DNA of 34,350 nucleotides from a virus (IMGVR_UViG_3300042399_001002:1-34350), one strand, 5' to 3'. Counted from the stretch's first letter, positions 1-7,528 are shown. Numbers and translations: made by a program. Notes: generated by a model not told the origin, from the letters alone.

Positions 1-36
1 CAACAGCAGGGCAGGTGTATTTGCAATATTCTGTAC

Positions 37-324
37 TCACTTCAACTGCCCCAAAATTAAATCCTTCAAAGCATTTTCTGTGGCTCGGTGTGCATCTGAG
101 ACGTGACTAAGCATCTTGTGCAAACCCAGAATGTGGTTTAATTCTTCATCTGTGCCTATTTTCAAGATGGTTTCTTGACGATACCAACGACCTCCTTCAA
201 CACGAATCCAACCTTGCTTTTCATTTACCTCAGTGATGATAAAGATTCGATCCAGCATTAAATTGATGTCGTATTTAATTAAGCATTTCTTACCAATTAG
301 ATCTTTTAATTCTGTATGGATCAT
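37..324 (-). CDS. hypothetical phage protein (95 aa)
   Basis: ORF in a tightly overlapped (ATGA-type) minus-strand operon. Confidence 0.75.
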   Translation of the reverse strand: MIHTELKDLIGKKCLIKYDINLMLDRIFIITEVNEKQGWIRVEGGRWYRQETILKIGTDEELNHILGLHKMLSHVSDAHRATENALKDLILGQLK

Positions 325-596
325 TTCAATTCCTTTAATTCTTCCAGTGTGATTTCAAAACCTACAGGTTTATGTCTATATAAAACGTGTTGATACACCT
401 CAGAGTGCCTATAACACTGAATGTAATATAAATATCCAGATGGTAGTCTGATACCATTATTGTAGACATACCCAAGTCTTTCAAGGTGAGATTCTATCTC
501 CTCAATATTGTCACCATTACCTATTTTAATATACATAGTACGTGGTTTAAGTGGTCTGTCAAAACCGAGGAGTTTGTTGATTAGCTTTTTAATCAT
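321..596 (-). CDS. hypothetical phage protein (91 aa)
   Basis: 4-bp overlaps with both neighbours. Confidence 0.75.
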   Translation of the reverse strand: MIKKLINKLLGFDRPLKPRTMYIKIGNGDNIEEIESHLERLGYVYNNGIRLPSGYLYYIQCYRHSEVYQHVLYRHKPVGFEITLEELKELK

Positions 597-847
597 TTAC
601 AACTCTCCACATCCGCAACAGCCTGTAATAAACGCATTGGGTATTCAAAACAATTTTTGTGTGCCACTTCACGTGCTTGAGGTAGTCCACCGTGAGCTTC
701 CACCAACTCATAACTTTCAACAAGGTGTTTTAGTTCGTCCATAAACTGATAATCGAAAGCTGCTCCGTAAATTCCAATTGGTTTTTTTATTTGCTTACGT
801 GCTTCATTCAATCCAAACTTCTTCACAAACTCATTCGCTTTCATCAC
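593..847 (-). CDS. hypothetical phage protein (84 aa)
   Basis: Coupled ORF with GGAGG upstream; the MKANEFVKKFG...LKHLVES..LVE..GGL pattern recalls small Acinetobacter phage proteins (from memory). Confidence 0.75.
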   Translation of the reverse strand: MMKANEFVKKFGLNEARKQIKKPIGIYGAAFDYQFMDELKHLVESYELVEAHGGLPQAREVAHKNCFEYPMRLLQAVADVESCK

Positions 848-1071
848 ACCACCTCCACATCAGTAATACTTAGAGTGACCTTACAACCACGTTTATCCAT
901 GACTTCAATTTCTTTATTGCAGGCCAATTTAAACAATTGTTCTTCGGTGATGATGTAATCTCGCTGTAAACGAGCATGAACATCTGCTGATAACTCATCA
1001 TTGGTGACAAACAATGTCTCTTCGAAAGAGTATGTGTAGTCATCAGAACGTAAAATACAAACAGCTTTCAT
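844..1071 (-). CDS. hypothetical phage protein (75 aa)
   Basis: Coupled ORF, SD-like AAGGA/GGAG upstream. Confidence 0.7.
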   Translation of the reverse strand: MKAVCILRSDDYTYSFEETLFVTNDELSADVHARLQRDYIITEEQLFKLACNKEIEVMDKRGCKVTLSITDVEVV

Positions 1072-1337
1072 TCCTTAATCTCCAATTTTAACAATTCTCC
1101 TTTTAAGATACTCATTCTTTCTCTATCTAGAACATATTCCAAAGCTCCCTGTACAGTGTTGAATGATTCTAAAACCTGATTACCAATCCAAACGTCTGAT
1201 CTATTATATGCACCAAATTCACTCTCCTGAATCACTCGAACGTTGATGACGAATTCACCCTTAGCTAAGGTAAACGAGTATGCATTCAATTGTGTGAATG
1301 TGAAACCATTCATTGAAATATCCTGAGTCATTTTCAA
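1068..1337 (-). CDS. hypothetical phage protein (89 aa)
   Basis: First ORF of the operon; GAGG SD, TTG start. Confidence 0.7.
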   Translation of the reverse strand: MKMTQDISMNGFTFTQLNAYSFTLAKGEFVINVRVIQESEFGAYNRSDVWIGNQVLESFNTVQGALEYVLDRERMSILKGELLKLEIKE

Positions 1338-1356
1338 TCCTCTTTAAGTTACACTC

Positions 1357-1385
1357 AATATACCACCTCTAATTGAATTTGATAA
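1357..1385 (-). promoter_or_regulatory. sigma70-like promoter (extended -10 TGG-TATATT, weak -35)
   Basis: Reverse complement TTATCA-N17-TATATT with TG extension, just upstream of ORF 1068..1337. Confidence 0.45.
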
Positions 1386-1439
1386 ATAGGTATTACCGAT
1401 TAAAAATAGATATTGATCGATTTCTTGATTTAAAATCAC

Positions 1440-2082
1440 TAACATATTCTTCCAATAGATACATTCTATTAGTGACATTTTATACCAAATAATTATACTT
1501 CTACTATGGTATTTCACCATAGAAATATGGGTATATCTATTGTAAGGAATCGCTTTTTTTCACTAACGATAACAACAACTTACAAAACTTTTGTAAAGTA
1601 ATTTTTTACAAAACCACTTTTACTACTATGATGATGATTGGCATAATGTTACAAATTAGAAAAGTCCGATAATCGTGTAGCTTCACTACACTCTTCTTTA
1701 AAGAGAATGTCCTATTGGGTTAGACACATTCTATTGGGTATTAGATACATTCTATGTGGTAGTTCCTACCACAATAACACTGTTCTACTCAAGCTTCGCT
1801 TGATAATCAGCACACAAAATTGATTAATTTATTGTATTGTTTGTGTAACAAACATTGTTTTTCTTACTAAAAACTATAATTACAATAATTTACAATAACA
1901 ATTATAAATAATTCAATAACTTATAAAGATTATTATAATGATAATTATAATTGATAGTTGTTTTGATCAAAGATCAATAAAAATGATATATTGGGTATTA
2001 TATTTCTATGGTAGTTCCTACCATAATATACATTCTATGTTGGGTATAGAATATTCTATTGGGATGCTTGATTCTATTGGGC
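1440..2082. repeat. origin-like region A: dispersed ACATTCTAT(G)TGGG iterons, TTC/GAA-loop hairpins and an AT-rich core
   Basis: Motif copies near 1461, 1711, 1726, 1747, 2030, 2052, 2071; hairpins 1504-1522, 1755-1773, 1789-1803, 2007-2025; no ORF. Confidence 0.55.
1519..1613 (-). repeat. ~95-bp dispersed element, copy A (inverted relative to the copies at 22.7 and 23.0 kb)
   Basis: 1578-1608 is the exact 31-bp reverse complement of 22994-23024; flanks also align (ATTCCTTACAA, TACCCA). Confidence 0.9.
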
Positions 2083-2359
2083 TGGAGCTGTGTTGGGAGT
2101 AGAAAAGCTAAGGGGAGGAGGGGTGTGGATGGGGTAGGAATGTGGGTGGTTTTAGTAGAATGTTATTTGATTATTGTGATAGTAAGGTGAAAGAATAAGG
2201 TTGATAATTTAATAGTAAGTTAGCCATCACCCCAAAACATATGATAGTTTGAAATTCCACACAGAATTCAATTTAGATATTTGAGGGGTGGAGGATATTT
2301 TAACTTTTCTAAAACAAATGGCAAAAATAAAAAGGTCGGCAGGGGGTATTTTCCTACAG

Positions 2360-2557
2360 TCACTTCCTATATTGTGCTGAACAGATCTCCACTAAAACAT
2401 CATTTGTGTGCTGAATTTGTTTCAACTTTAACGATTGTTGATGGTTAATTTGATTAAGTTGATAGTTTTCACTCTTAATTGTCACTAATGCTGCTAAAGT
2501 TGCAAAAAGTGCAGTAATCAATACAATTATGATAGCAGTTGGAATAATCTTATCCAT
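2360..2557 (-). CDS. small membrane-anchored protein (65 aa)
   Basis: N-terminal hydrophobic helix then a Gln-rich segment; TGG-TATACT promoter-like element upstream at ~2593. Confidence 0.55.
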   Translation of the reverse strand: MDKIIPTAIIIVLITALFATLAALVTIKSENYQLNQINHQQSLKLKQIQHTNDVLVEICSAQYRK

Positions 2558-2795
2558 TGTCTACAACGTTCTCTAAATGATGATGATAACTTAGTATACC
2601 AGAATTTCTAGGGAATTTGCGATTATTTTTCTGAGGGCATCGTAAAAAATTTTAGAGGGGATTTGGGAATTTTTATTTTTTCACCAGTATATCACCCGAT
2701 TTCCCAACCATCTAACTTTCTAAAAGTAAGTGGGGGTCTACCCACCGTGACTGTGCAGTTCTAGTTTTCAGTTACATTGTCATGGCTTTTGTAAA

Positions 2796-3051
2796 TGACA
2801 CGCATTCTCATTTGTAATTGATACGCATTCTCATTTTCAAAGGTAGATGATAATCATTCTCACTATGATTAAAATTCTCATTTAAGAATAATTCTCATTT
2901 TGATTATGATTCTCAATTGTGAACAGTTCTCATTTAAGAACAATTCTCATTTGATAATAATTCTCATTTGATAATAATTATCAGGTGATATAAGTTATTA
3001 AAGAATAACCATTCTCATTTAGGAATGGGTGACAATTGATAACAATTATCA
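2796..3051. repeat. tandem array of 14 Fur-box-like 7-1-7 palindromes (TGATAAT-N-ATT(C/A)TCA), mostly 17-bp period
   Basis: Units start at 2796, 2819, 2848, 2866, 2883, 2901, 2918, 2935, 2952, 2969, (2986), 3003, (3020), 3037; 2969-2983 TGATAATAATTATCA is a perfect 7-1-7 Fur box. Confidence 0.85.
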
Positions 3052-3325
3052 TTTACCAAATTTCCCAACTATCTAAAAAACAGATAGAAAGGATAGTTTT
3101 GATAGAAATATATTAGTTGAAAAAGCTTGACTTTTAAACAAAAAAGAATTGTACAAAGATTTTAACAGACATAAGATAATATCTTTATATAAATCATATA
3201 GTTAGATGAAAAACACAATAAAAACTAACAAGATAGATTATCTATATAAGAAAAAATGATGATAATAATGATAAAAGGTATTGACAAGTGTATAAAATTA
3301 TATTATTTAAAGGAAAAGCATCAAA

Positions 3326-3340
3326 TGATAATCATTCTCA
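3326..3340. promoter_or_regulatory. Fur-box-like palindrome
   Basis: TGATAATCATTCTCA. Confidence 0.7.
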
Positions 3341-3398
3341 TTACCTAACAGTCGCCCACCCTCCGTGTTTGTCTCCCCAGTCTTGCCGTGCTGGTGTC

Positions 3399-3428
3399 AT
3401 TATAGCAAGATTTTTAGTTCATTGTCAA
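3399..3428 (-). promoter_or_regulatory. strong sigma70-like promoter facing the Fur-box array
   Basis: Reverse complement TTGACA-N18-TATAAT with TG extension (TGCTATAAT). Confidence 0.65.
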
Positions 3429-3528
3429 CACAATATCAGAAATTAATTTTCAATCGGATACCTGAATAAAACAGTATAAAATATGATCAATTATCTAACT
3501 CATTTAGATATACATAGTTTTAAATAGT

Positions 3529-3600
3529 TGTCAATAGCCTTAAAACGCTCCAGAATCGCGTATTTTGAACGATAGCCTTTTAAGCTACCTATGCATAGGC
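3529..3600. repeat. ~72-bp dispersed repeat, copy 1 (partner 6961-7033)
   Basis: Shared colinear blocks TGTCAATAG, GCTC, CGCGTATTT, TGCATAGGC. Confidence 0.7.
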
Positions 3601-3711
3601 TGCATGTCTAAAATGGCAACCATGAAAGTCAACCCCATATTTAAACTATTTTCATGAAGTTTTATTGAATCTTTCGATGATGAATTTTTACACCTGTTTT
3701 ATGCTATCAGA

Positions 3712-3726
3712 TGAGAATCATTCTCA
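3712..3726. promoter_or_regulatory. Fur-box-like perfect palindrome
   Basis: TGAGAAT-C-ATTCTCA. Confidence 0.7.
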
Positions 3727-3911
3727 AGTAGGTTCCAGACTTACAAAAATATAATTGACACTATAGCTATTATTGTGCTATTCACACGCGCGTTCTATCT
3801 ATATAAAAAGCATGTACAGTGTTTTGTACTGTTATTTGTGCAAATATCAATATATAAACTTATAAAAAACAGATACTTATGAAATAATCATAAAATAATT
3901 AAAAATAGGTA

Positions 3912-3939
3912 TTGTATTAAATAGTGAATAGTATAGAAT
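3912..3939 (+). promoter_or_regulatory. probable early promoter of the plus-strand island
   Basis: TTGTAT-N16-TAGAAT preceded by an A-rich UP-like tract. Confidence 0.5.
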
Positions 3940-4100
3940 GATTGACATAGGGAGGAGATAAGGCAGAAAGCCTAGCTTACAGTTAGATAGTGACGAGCTA
4001 CTAACATAATTCTTTAAAAACTTGGAAAGGATAGAATCCTTACTATATAGAATCCTAGTTGGTTCTATATGTTGAGTATTTTAACCAAATGGAAAAAGAC

Positions 4101-4289
4101 ATGAAAAAGCAAGTTTTAAAACATGAAAAAGCAGATGATCAATTTACATTGTCAATGTGTCGCGTTGTTCAATATGACAATGAAATAGATGCAGCTTTTA
4201 GAATGCACCTTTTAGATTTAAACGGTAATCGAATCGGCTCAATTTACATGATGCACGACGACGAAAAAGCATTTTACCCAATCAAGTGA
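4101..4289 (+). CDS. hypothetical early protein
   Basis: ORF track 4059..4289; ATG at 4101 with a purine-rich upstream tract is preferred. Confidence 0.65.
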   Translation: MKKQVLKHEKADDQFTLSMCRVVQYDNEIDAAFRMHLLDLNGNRIGSIYMMHDDEKAFYPIK

Positions 4290-4301
4290 GGATCTTAAAA
4301 A

Positions 4302-4493
4302 ATGAATTTCAAAACACATAAGCAATTGTTAAAAAGCCTTAAAGATAGACTAACCAATCAGCAAGGCTTTTATCGTCATTGTGCCAAGCTTGCGCTAGTT
4401 GGTGCATATTCTCAAAATGAATTAAGCGTTCAATTTGAAATATTAAAAGAGCTTGAAAAAGATCTTAATAACTTTTTACAACGTACCAAATAA
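4302..4493 (+). CDS. hypothetical early protein (63 aa)
   Basis: GAGGA SD, ATG start. Confidence 0.7.
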   Translation: MNFKTHKQLLKSLKDRLTNQQGFYRHCAKLALVGAYSQNELSVQFEILKELEKDLNNFLQRTK

Positions 4494-4499
4494 GGGAAA

Positions 4500-4775
4500 A
4501 TGACAATGAATACAAAGCATGAGATTCTGCAAAGTATGGTACAAGCTACCAAAGGCAAGTTTTTTACAATCGTGTTTATCAAGAAAGATAAAACAGATCG
4601 GAAAATGTTGTGCAGATTGGGAGTTAAAAAGCACTTGAAAGGCAATGGCCCATCTACCACCGCACACATTGACAATTATATGACTGTATATGATGTTGAA
4701 AGTAAAGGTTACAGAACGATCAATTTAGATACTGTAAAACATTTTAAATGCGGTCAATTTGAATATAAGGCTTAA
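4500..4775 (+). CDS. DUF2693/WYL_2-like SH3-fold phage protein
   Basis: GKFFTIVFIKKD..RKMLCRLGVKKHLKG...VYDVE.KGYRTIN pattern typical of this family. Confidence 0.65.
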   Translation: MTMNTKHEILQSMVQATKGKFFTIVFIKKDKTDRKMLCRLGVKKHLKGNGPSTTAHIDNYMTVYDVESKGYRTINLDTVKHFKCGQFEYKA

Positions 4776-4779
4776 GATT

Positions 4780-5220
4780 ATGAAATATAAAAGTTATAAA
4801 GGTCGAACCATTGATAAAAGCAAAAAAGTGATGATTTATAAAAATCTTCATAACGGCTTATTTTCAGTCAAGCAAAATGGCCTTGTCGTTGCCCATGTTG
4901 AAAGTTTTTGCATGGATACCGTTTCTTTTAAAGTGAGTGAGGCAGGCAGGCAGCGCGTTTTAAAAGAGAAAAAGAAAAATGTTCATGCTTATATTATCGG
5001 GAAAATATTCGATATTAATAAATTGAACGTTAAAACCGATTTCTTTGCTAGTATAGTAGCCAATCAATCAATTCGATATAATCCATATAAGTCAAATTGT
5101 TTTTATAGACAATATGAGGCTTGCCAATCGGGAATACCGAACAATGTTGAAATCCCTAACATGTACTTAATTGCCCATCATGAGCAAGGGATAGCATTTA
5201 GAATAGTTGAGGATCTTTAA
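4780..5220 (+). CDS. conserved phage early protein
   Basis: YKNLHNGLFSV...VSEAGRQRVLKEKKKNVHA motif common in phage hypotheticals; ATG 4780 preferred over TTG 4759. Confidence 0.75.
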   Translation: MKYKSYKGRTIDKSKKVMIYKNLHNGLFSVKQNGLVVAHVESFCMDTVSFKVSEAGRQRVLKEKKKNVHAYIIGKIFDINKLNVKTDFFASIVANQSIRYNPYKSNCFYRQYEACQSGIPNNVEIPNMYLIAHHEQGIAFRIVEDL

Positions 5221-5499
5221 ATGACTGTTAAACAATCTTATATACATATAGCCGTTAACCATAAAACGAAAATAGTTGAATATGTTAAGGTTACGGCATA
5301 TCACGACAAGGCAGCTTTTCAGGTACTTGACAAGGCATTGATTAAATTGGGCCATAATCATTTTACATTGGTTAGCTATCCCGTCGAATTGAAAAAGAGA
5401 CTCACAAAGCCTTTTGAATGTCTAGTGAGTTTTAAGCATAGTGATGATTTAAACACTAAGCACTTTTTAACTGAGTTTATAGCGGATCACAATTTATAA
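5221..5499 (+). CDS. hypothetical early protein (92 aa)
   Basis: GAGGA SD, abuts previous stop. Confidence 0.7.
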   Translation: MTVKQSYIHIAVNHKTKIVEYVKVTAYHDKAAFQVLDKALIKLGHNHFTLVSYPVELKKRLTKPFECLVSFKHSDDLNTKHFLTEFIADHNL

Positions 5500-5557
5500 A
5501 ATCTTTTATCTGATGGATTCTAAATGGATTCATCTAATAAACGATTTAAATGCATAT

Positions 5558-5573
5558 CGTTCCACGTGGAACA
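5558..5573. promoter_or_regulatory. parS-like centromere site (ParB-binding palindrome)
   Basis: CGTTCCACGTGGAACA, 15/16 to TGTTCCACGTGGAACA; intergenic. Confidence 0.75.
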
Positions 5574-5588
5574 TGAAAGGAAAAAGTT

Positions 5589-6317
5589 ATGAAAGTTACA
5601 TTGAATGATAAAGTTTTTGCATTAGTTGCTAAAATGCAAGCTGAAACAGATAGCAGCGTGAAGCTATCCAATACAAGCAAACTAGGCGTTAAATCATGGA
5701 GTCTACAGGCTTTAAATACTTGTCCCGCTTCAATTGGTGCTGATGGTGAATTAGTTGATGCATGTAAGGGATGTTATGCCACTGCCGGACATTATCGCTA
5801 TGCAACGGTACGCGCTCCACGTGAATTCAATAGACAAGCATGGGAGCAAGATAGTTTTGTAAGTGACTTTGTAAAGGCTTTAAATAAGGAAAGATTTTTC
5901 AGATGGTATGATTCCGGTGACATGTATAACATTAAACTAGCTGAAAAAATGCTTTTAATTATGCAAGCTACGCCACATGTTAACCATTGGCTACCGACTA
6001 GAATGTATAAATTCAAAAAGTTTCATTCTGTGATTGAACAAATGGCAGCCTTGCCAAATGTAGCGGTTAGATTGTCAAGCGATAGCATTGTAGGCGAATT
6101 GGTTAAAAGTAGCGTTTCAGATCTTAATTCTACCATTATCCCAGAGGATAAAATTGATTCATATAACGGCTTTATTTGTCAAGCGTTTTATCAGGATGGA
6201 AAATGTTTAGATTGTACGGCCTGCTATGATAAGACTGTAAAAACAGTTGCATATGTTGGGCATGGCTTGACAATGAAGAAAAAGCAAAAAAACTTAATTA
6301 ATGTTGTGAGTGTATAA
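5589..6317 (+). CDS. gp88-like Cys-rich protein, possibly Fe-S/radical-SAM-related (242 aa)
   Basis: TCP...ACKGCYA, FRWYDSGD, HWLPTR and C-terminal C..(x8)CLDCTAC motifs of the mycobacteriophage gp88-like family. Confidence 0.7.
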   Translation: MKVTLNDKVFALVAKMQAETDSSVKLSNTSKLGVKSWSLQALNTCPASIGADGELVDACKGCYATAGHYRYATVRAPREFNRQAWEQDSFVSDFVKALNKERFFRWYDSGDMYNIKLAEKMLLIMQATPHVNHWLPTRMYKFKKFHSVIEQMAALPNVAVRLSSDSIVGELVKSSVSDLNSTIIPEDKIDSYNGFICQAFYQDGKCLDCTACYDKTVKTVAYVGHGLTMKKKQKNLINVVSV

Positions 6318-6318
6318 C

Positions 6319-6525
6319 ATGGCTAACAGATTCTTTTTTGCCTTGGGTAATTCCCAAGGCTTACAAGGTACACAATACTATCAGGCTAGAGTTAAAAGCA
6401 TTGAACAATTGGAAAGACTTGTAAAACTTCATTATCCTAAAAACAAAGTATTTTTAAAAATGGAACGTGAAGGATCTAGCAGCTTGTATTGGATATTGGG
6501 AGATAAGAATGATTCTCATCTATAA
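6319..6525 (+). CDS. hypothetical early protein
   Basis: ORF track 6310..6525; ATG 6319 follows the previous stop. Confidence 0.6.
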   Translation: MANRFFFALGNSQGLQGTQYYQARVKSIEQLERLVKLHYPKNKVFLKMEREGSSSLYWILGDKNDSHL

Positions 6526-6727
6526 ATATCAGCGTCCCAACATGGATAAGGGCACTTGTCAAGCTCACTTTTTCAAGAATGGAAAGTATATTAGATCATC
6601 GGACATTCACCCATATTCTGATAATATGATCGAGTTTCTCACTAAGGGCCATAGCAAATTTGCTTTAGTCAATGTCATGAGTAAAACAGATTTAAGTTAT
6701 CAAGAATTCTCAAAAGTCAAGGCTTAA
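6509..6727 (+). CDS. hypothetical early protein
   Basis: GGGAG SD before ATG 6509; start overlaps a Fur-like box at 6504-6518. Confidence 0.65.
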   Translation: MILIYKYQRPNMDKGTCQAHFFKNGKYIRSSDIHPYSDNMIEFLTKGHSKFALVNVMSKTDLSYQEFSKVKA

Positions 6728-6729
6728 TT

Positions 6730-6906
6730 ATGAAAATGTTAAAAAATGATTATTATGTTGATGCGGATAGCATTCGAGTATTTGATAATGAGATTCATTA
6801 TCATTATTGTGAACGTCTTGTCATTGAGCCATTGCAGCAAGATGAACAAGGGCAATTTGTGGTGCTGAATAATATTAAACATTATGTAAATGATAAAACC
6901 GATTAA
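6730..6906 (+). CDS. hypothetical early protein (58 aa, below track cutoff)
   Basis: Hand translation MKMLKNDYYVDADSIRVFDNEIHYHY...NDKTD*; fills the operon gap. Confidence 0.6.
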   Translation: MKMLKNDYYVDADSIRVFDNEIHYHYCERLVIEPLQQDEQGQFVVLNNIKHYVNDKTD

Positions 6907-6960
6907 TATTGATAATTGATCGGATCTTTAAAAAGTAGCTAAAAAGCCTGTTTTCTTAAA

Positions 6961-7033
6961 TGTCAATAGGCTTTAAATGCTCATATAAGCGCGTATTTAA
7001 GCGTTTAAACTTATCAGGTACTAGTGCATAGGC
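6961..7033. repeat. ~72-bp dispersed repeat, copy 2 (partner 3529-3600)
   Basis: Colinear shared blocks with copy 1. Confidence 0.7.
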
Positions 7034-7053
7034 AAGGGTCGAATCGTTGAAAT

Positions 7054-7111
7054 TTGACATTGTTTTAGAAGTATGCTAGGCATTGAATAGCATAAATGAG
7101 AATAGTTATCA
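7054..7111 (+). promoter_or_regulatory. possible promoter with a downstream Fur-like box
   Basis: TTGACA 7054-7059, TGC-TAGGCA at 17-bp spacing (imperfect -10); TGAGAATAGTTATCA at 7097-7111. Confidence 0.5.
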
Positions 7112-7129
7112 AATAGCAGGTATTATCAA

Positions 7130-7345
7130 ATGAAAGATTTTAAAGTTAACGATAAAGTAATTGCAGTCAATCCACCGATCAACATGTCAATTGAGAATAA
7201 TTCTCATTATTTAATAGTTGAAATTGAAAACTTTAAATTTTATAACTTTGGATTAAATGGAATTCACTATAAGTTAAAATGCTTAAAAACTAATAGAATT
7301 CTAGGCTGGTTTAAGGGTACTTATTTGGAGGTTAAAAAATCATGA
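7130..7345 (+). CDS. hypothetical early protein (71 aa)
   Basis: AGGT SD; contains embedded Fur-like palindrome 7192-7206. Confidence 0.65.
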   Translation: MKDFKVNDKVIAVNPPINMSIENNSHYLIVEIENFKFYNFGLNGIHYKLKCLKTNRILGWFKGTYLEVKKS

Positions 7346-7524
7346 AAGTATTGTTTTTCCTATTTGTTGTAACAAGTGACAATCACGGTTTTGAAACAAT
7401 GTCAAGATATAACGATGTTGAATATGTAACAAAATCGCAATGTGAAAAAGCATTAAAAAAGTCAAAAGTCAAGAAAAATCAAGCTTTGTTTTGTGGTGAA
7501 GATTACTTATATTTTAAAAAGTGA
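7342..7524 (+). CDS. small possibly exported protein (60 aa)
   Basis: GGAGG SD; hydrophobic N-terminus, Cys pair. Confidence 0.65.
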   Translation: MKVLFFLFVVTSDNHGFETMSRYNDVEYVTKSQCEKALKKSKVKKNQALFCGEDYLYFKK

Positions 7525-7528
7525 GAAA

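Noticed and set aside
1905-1960. Fur-like ATAAT repeats here and at 22815-22940
   Set aside because: AT-only low-complexity tracts without the TGA...TCA ends; better read as unwinding regions.
2796-3051. CRISPR array or simple minisatellite
   Set aside because: Most units are separated by only 2-3 bp with no unique spacers, no cas genes are present, and variation preserves dyad symmetry.
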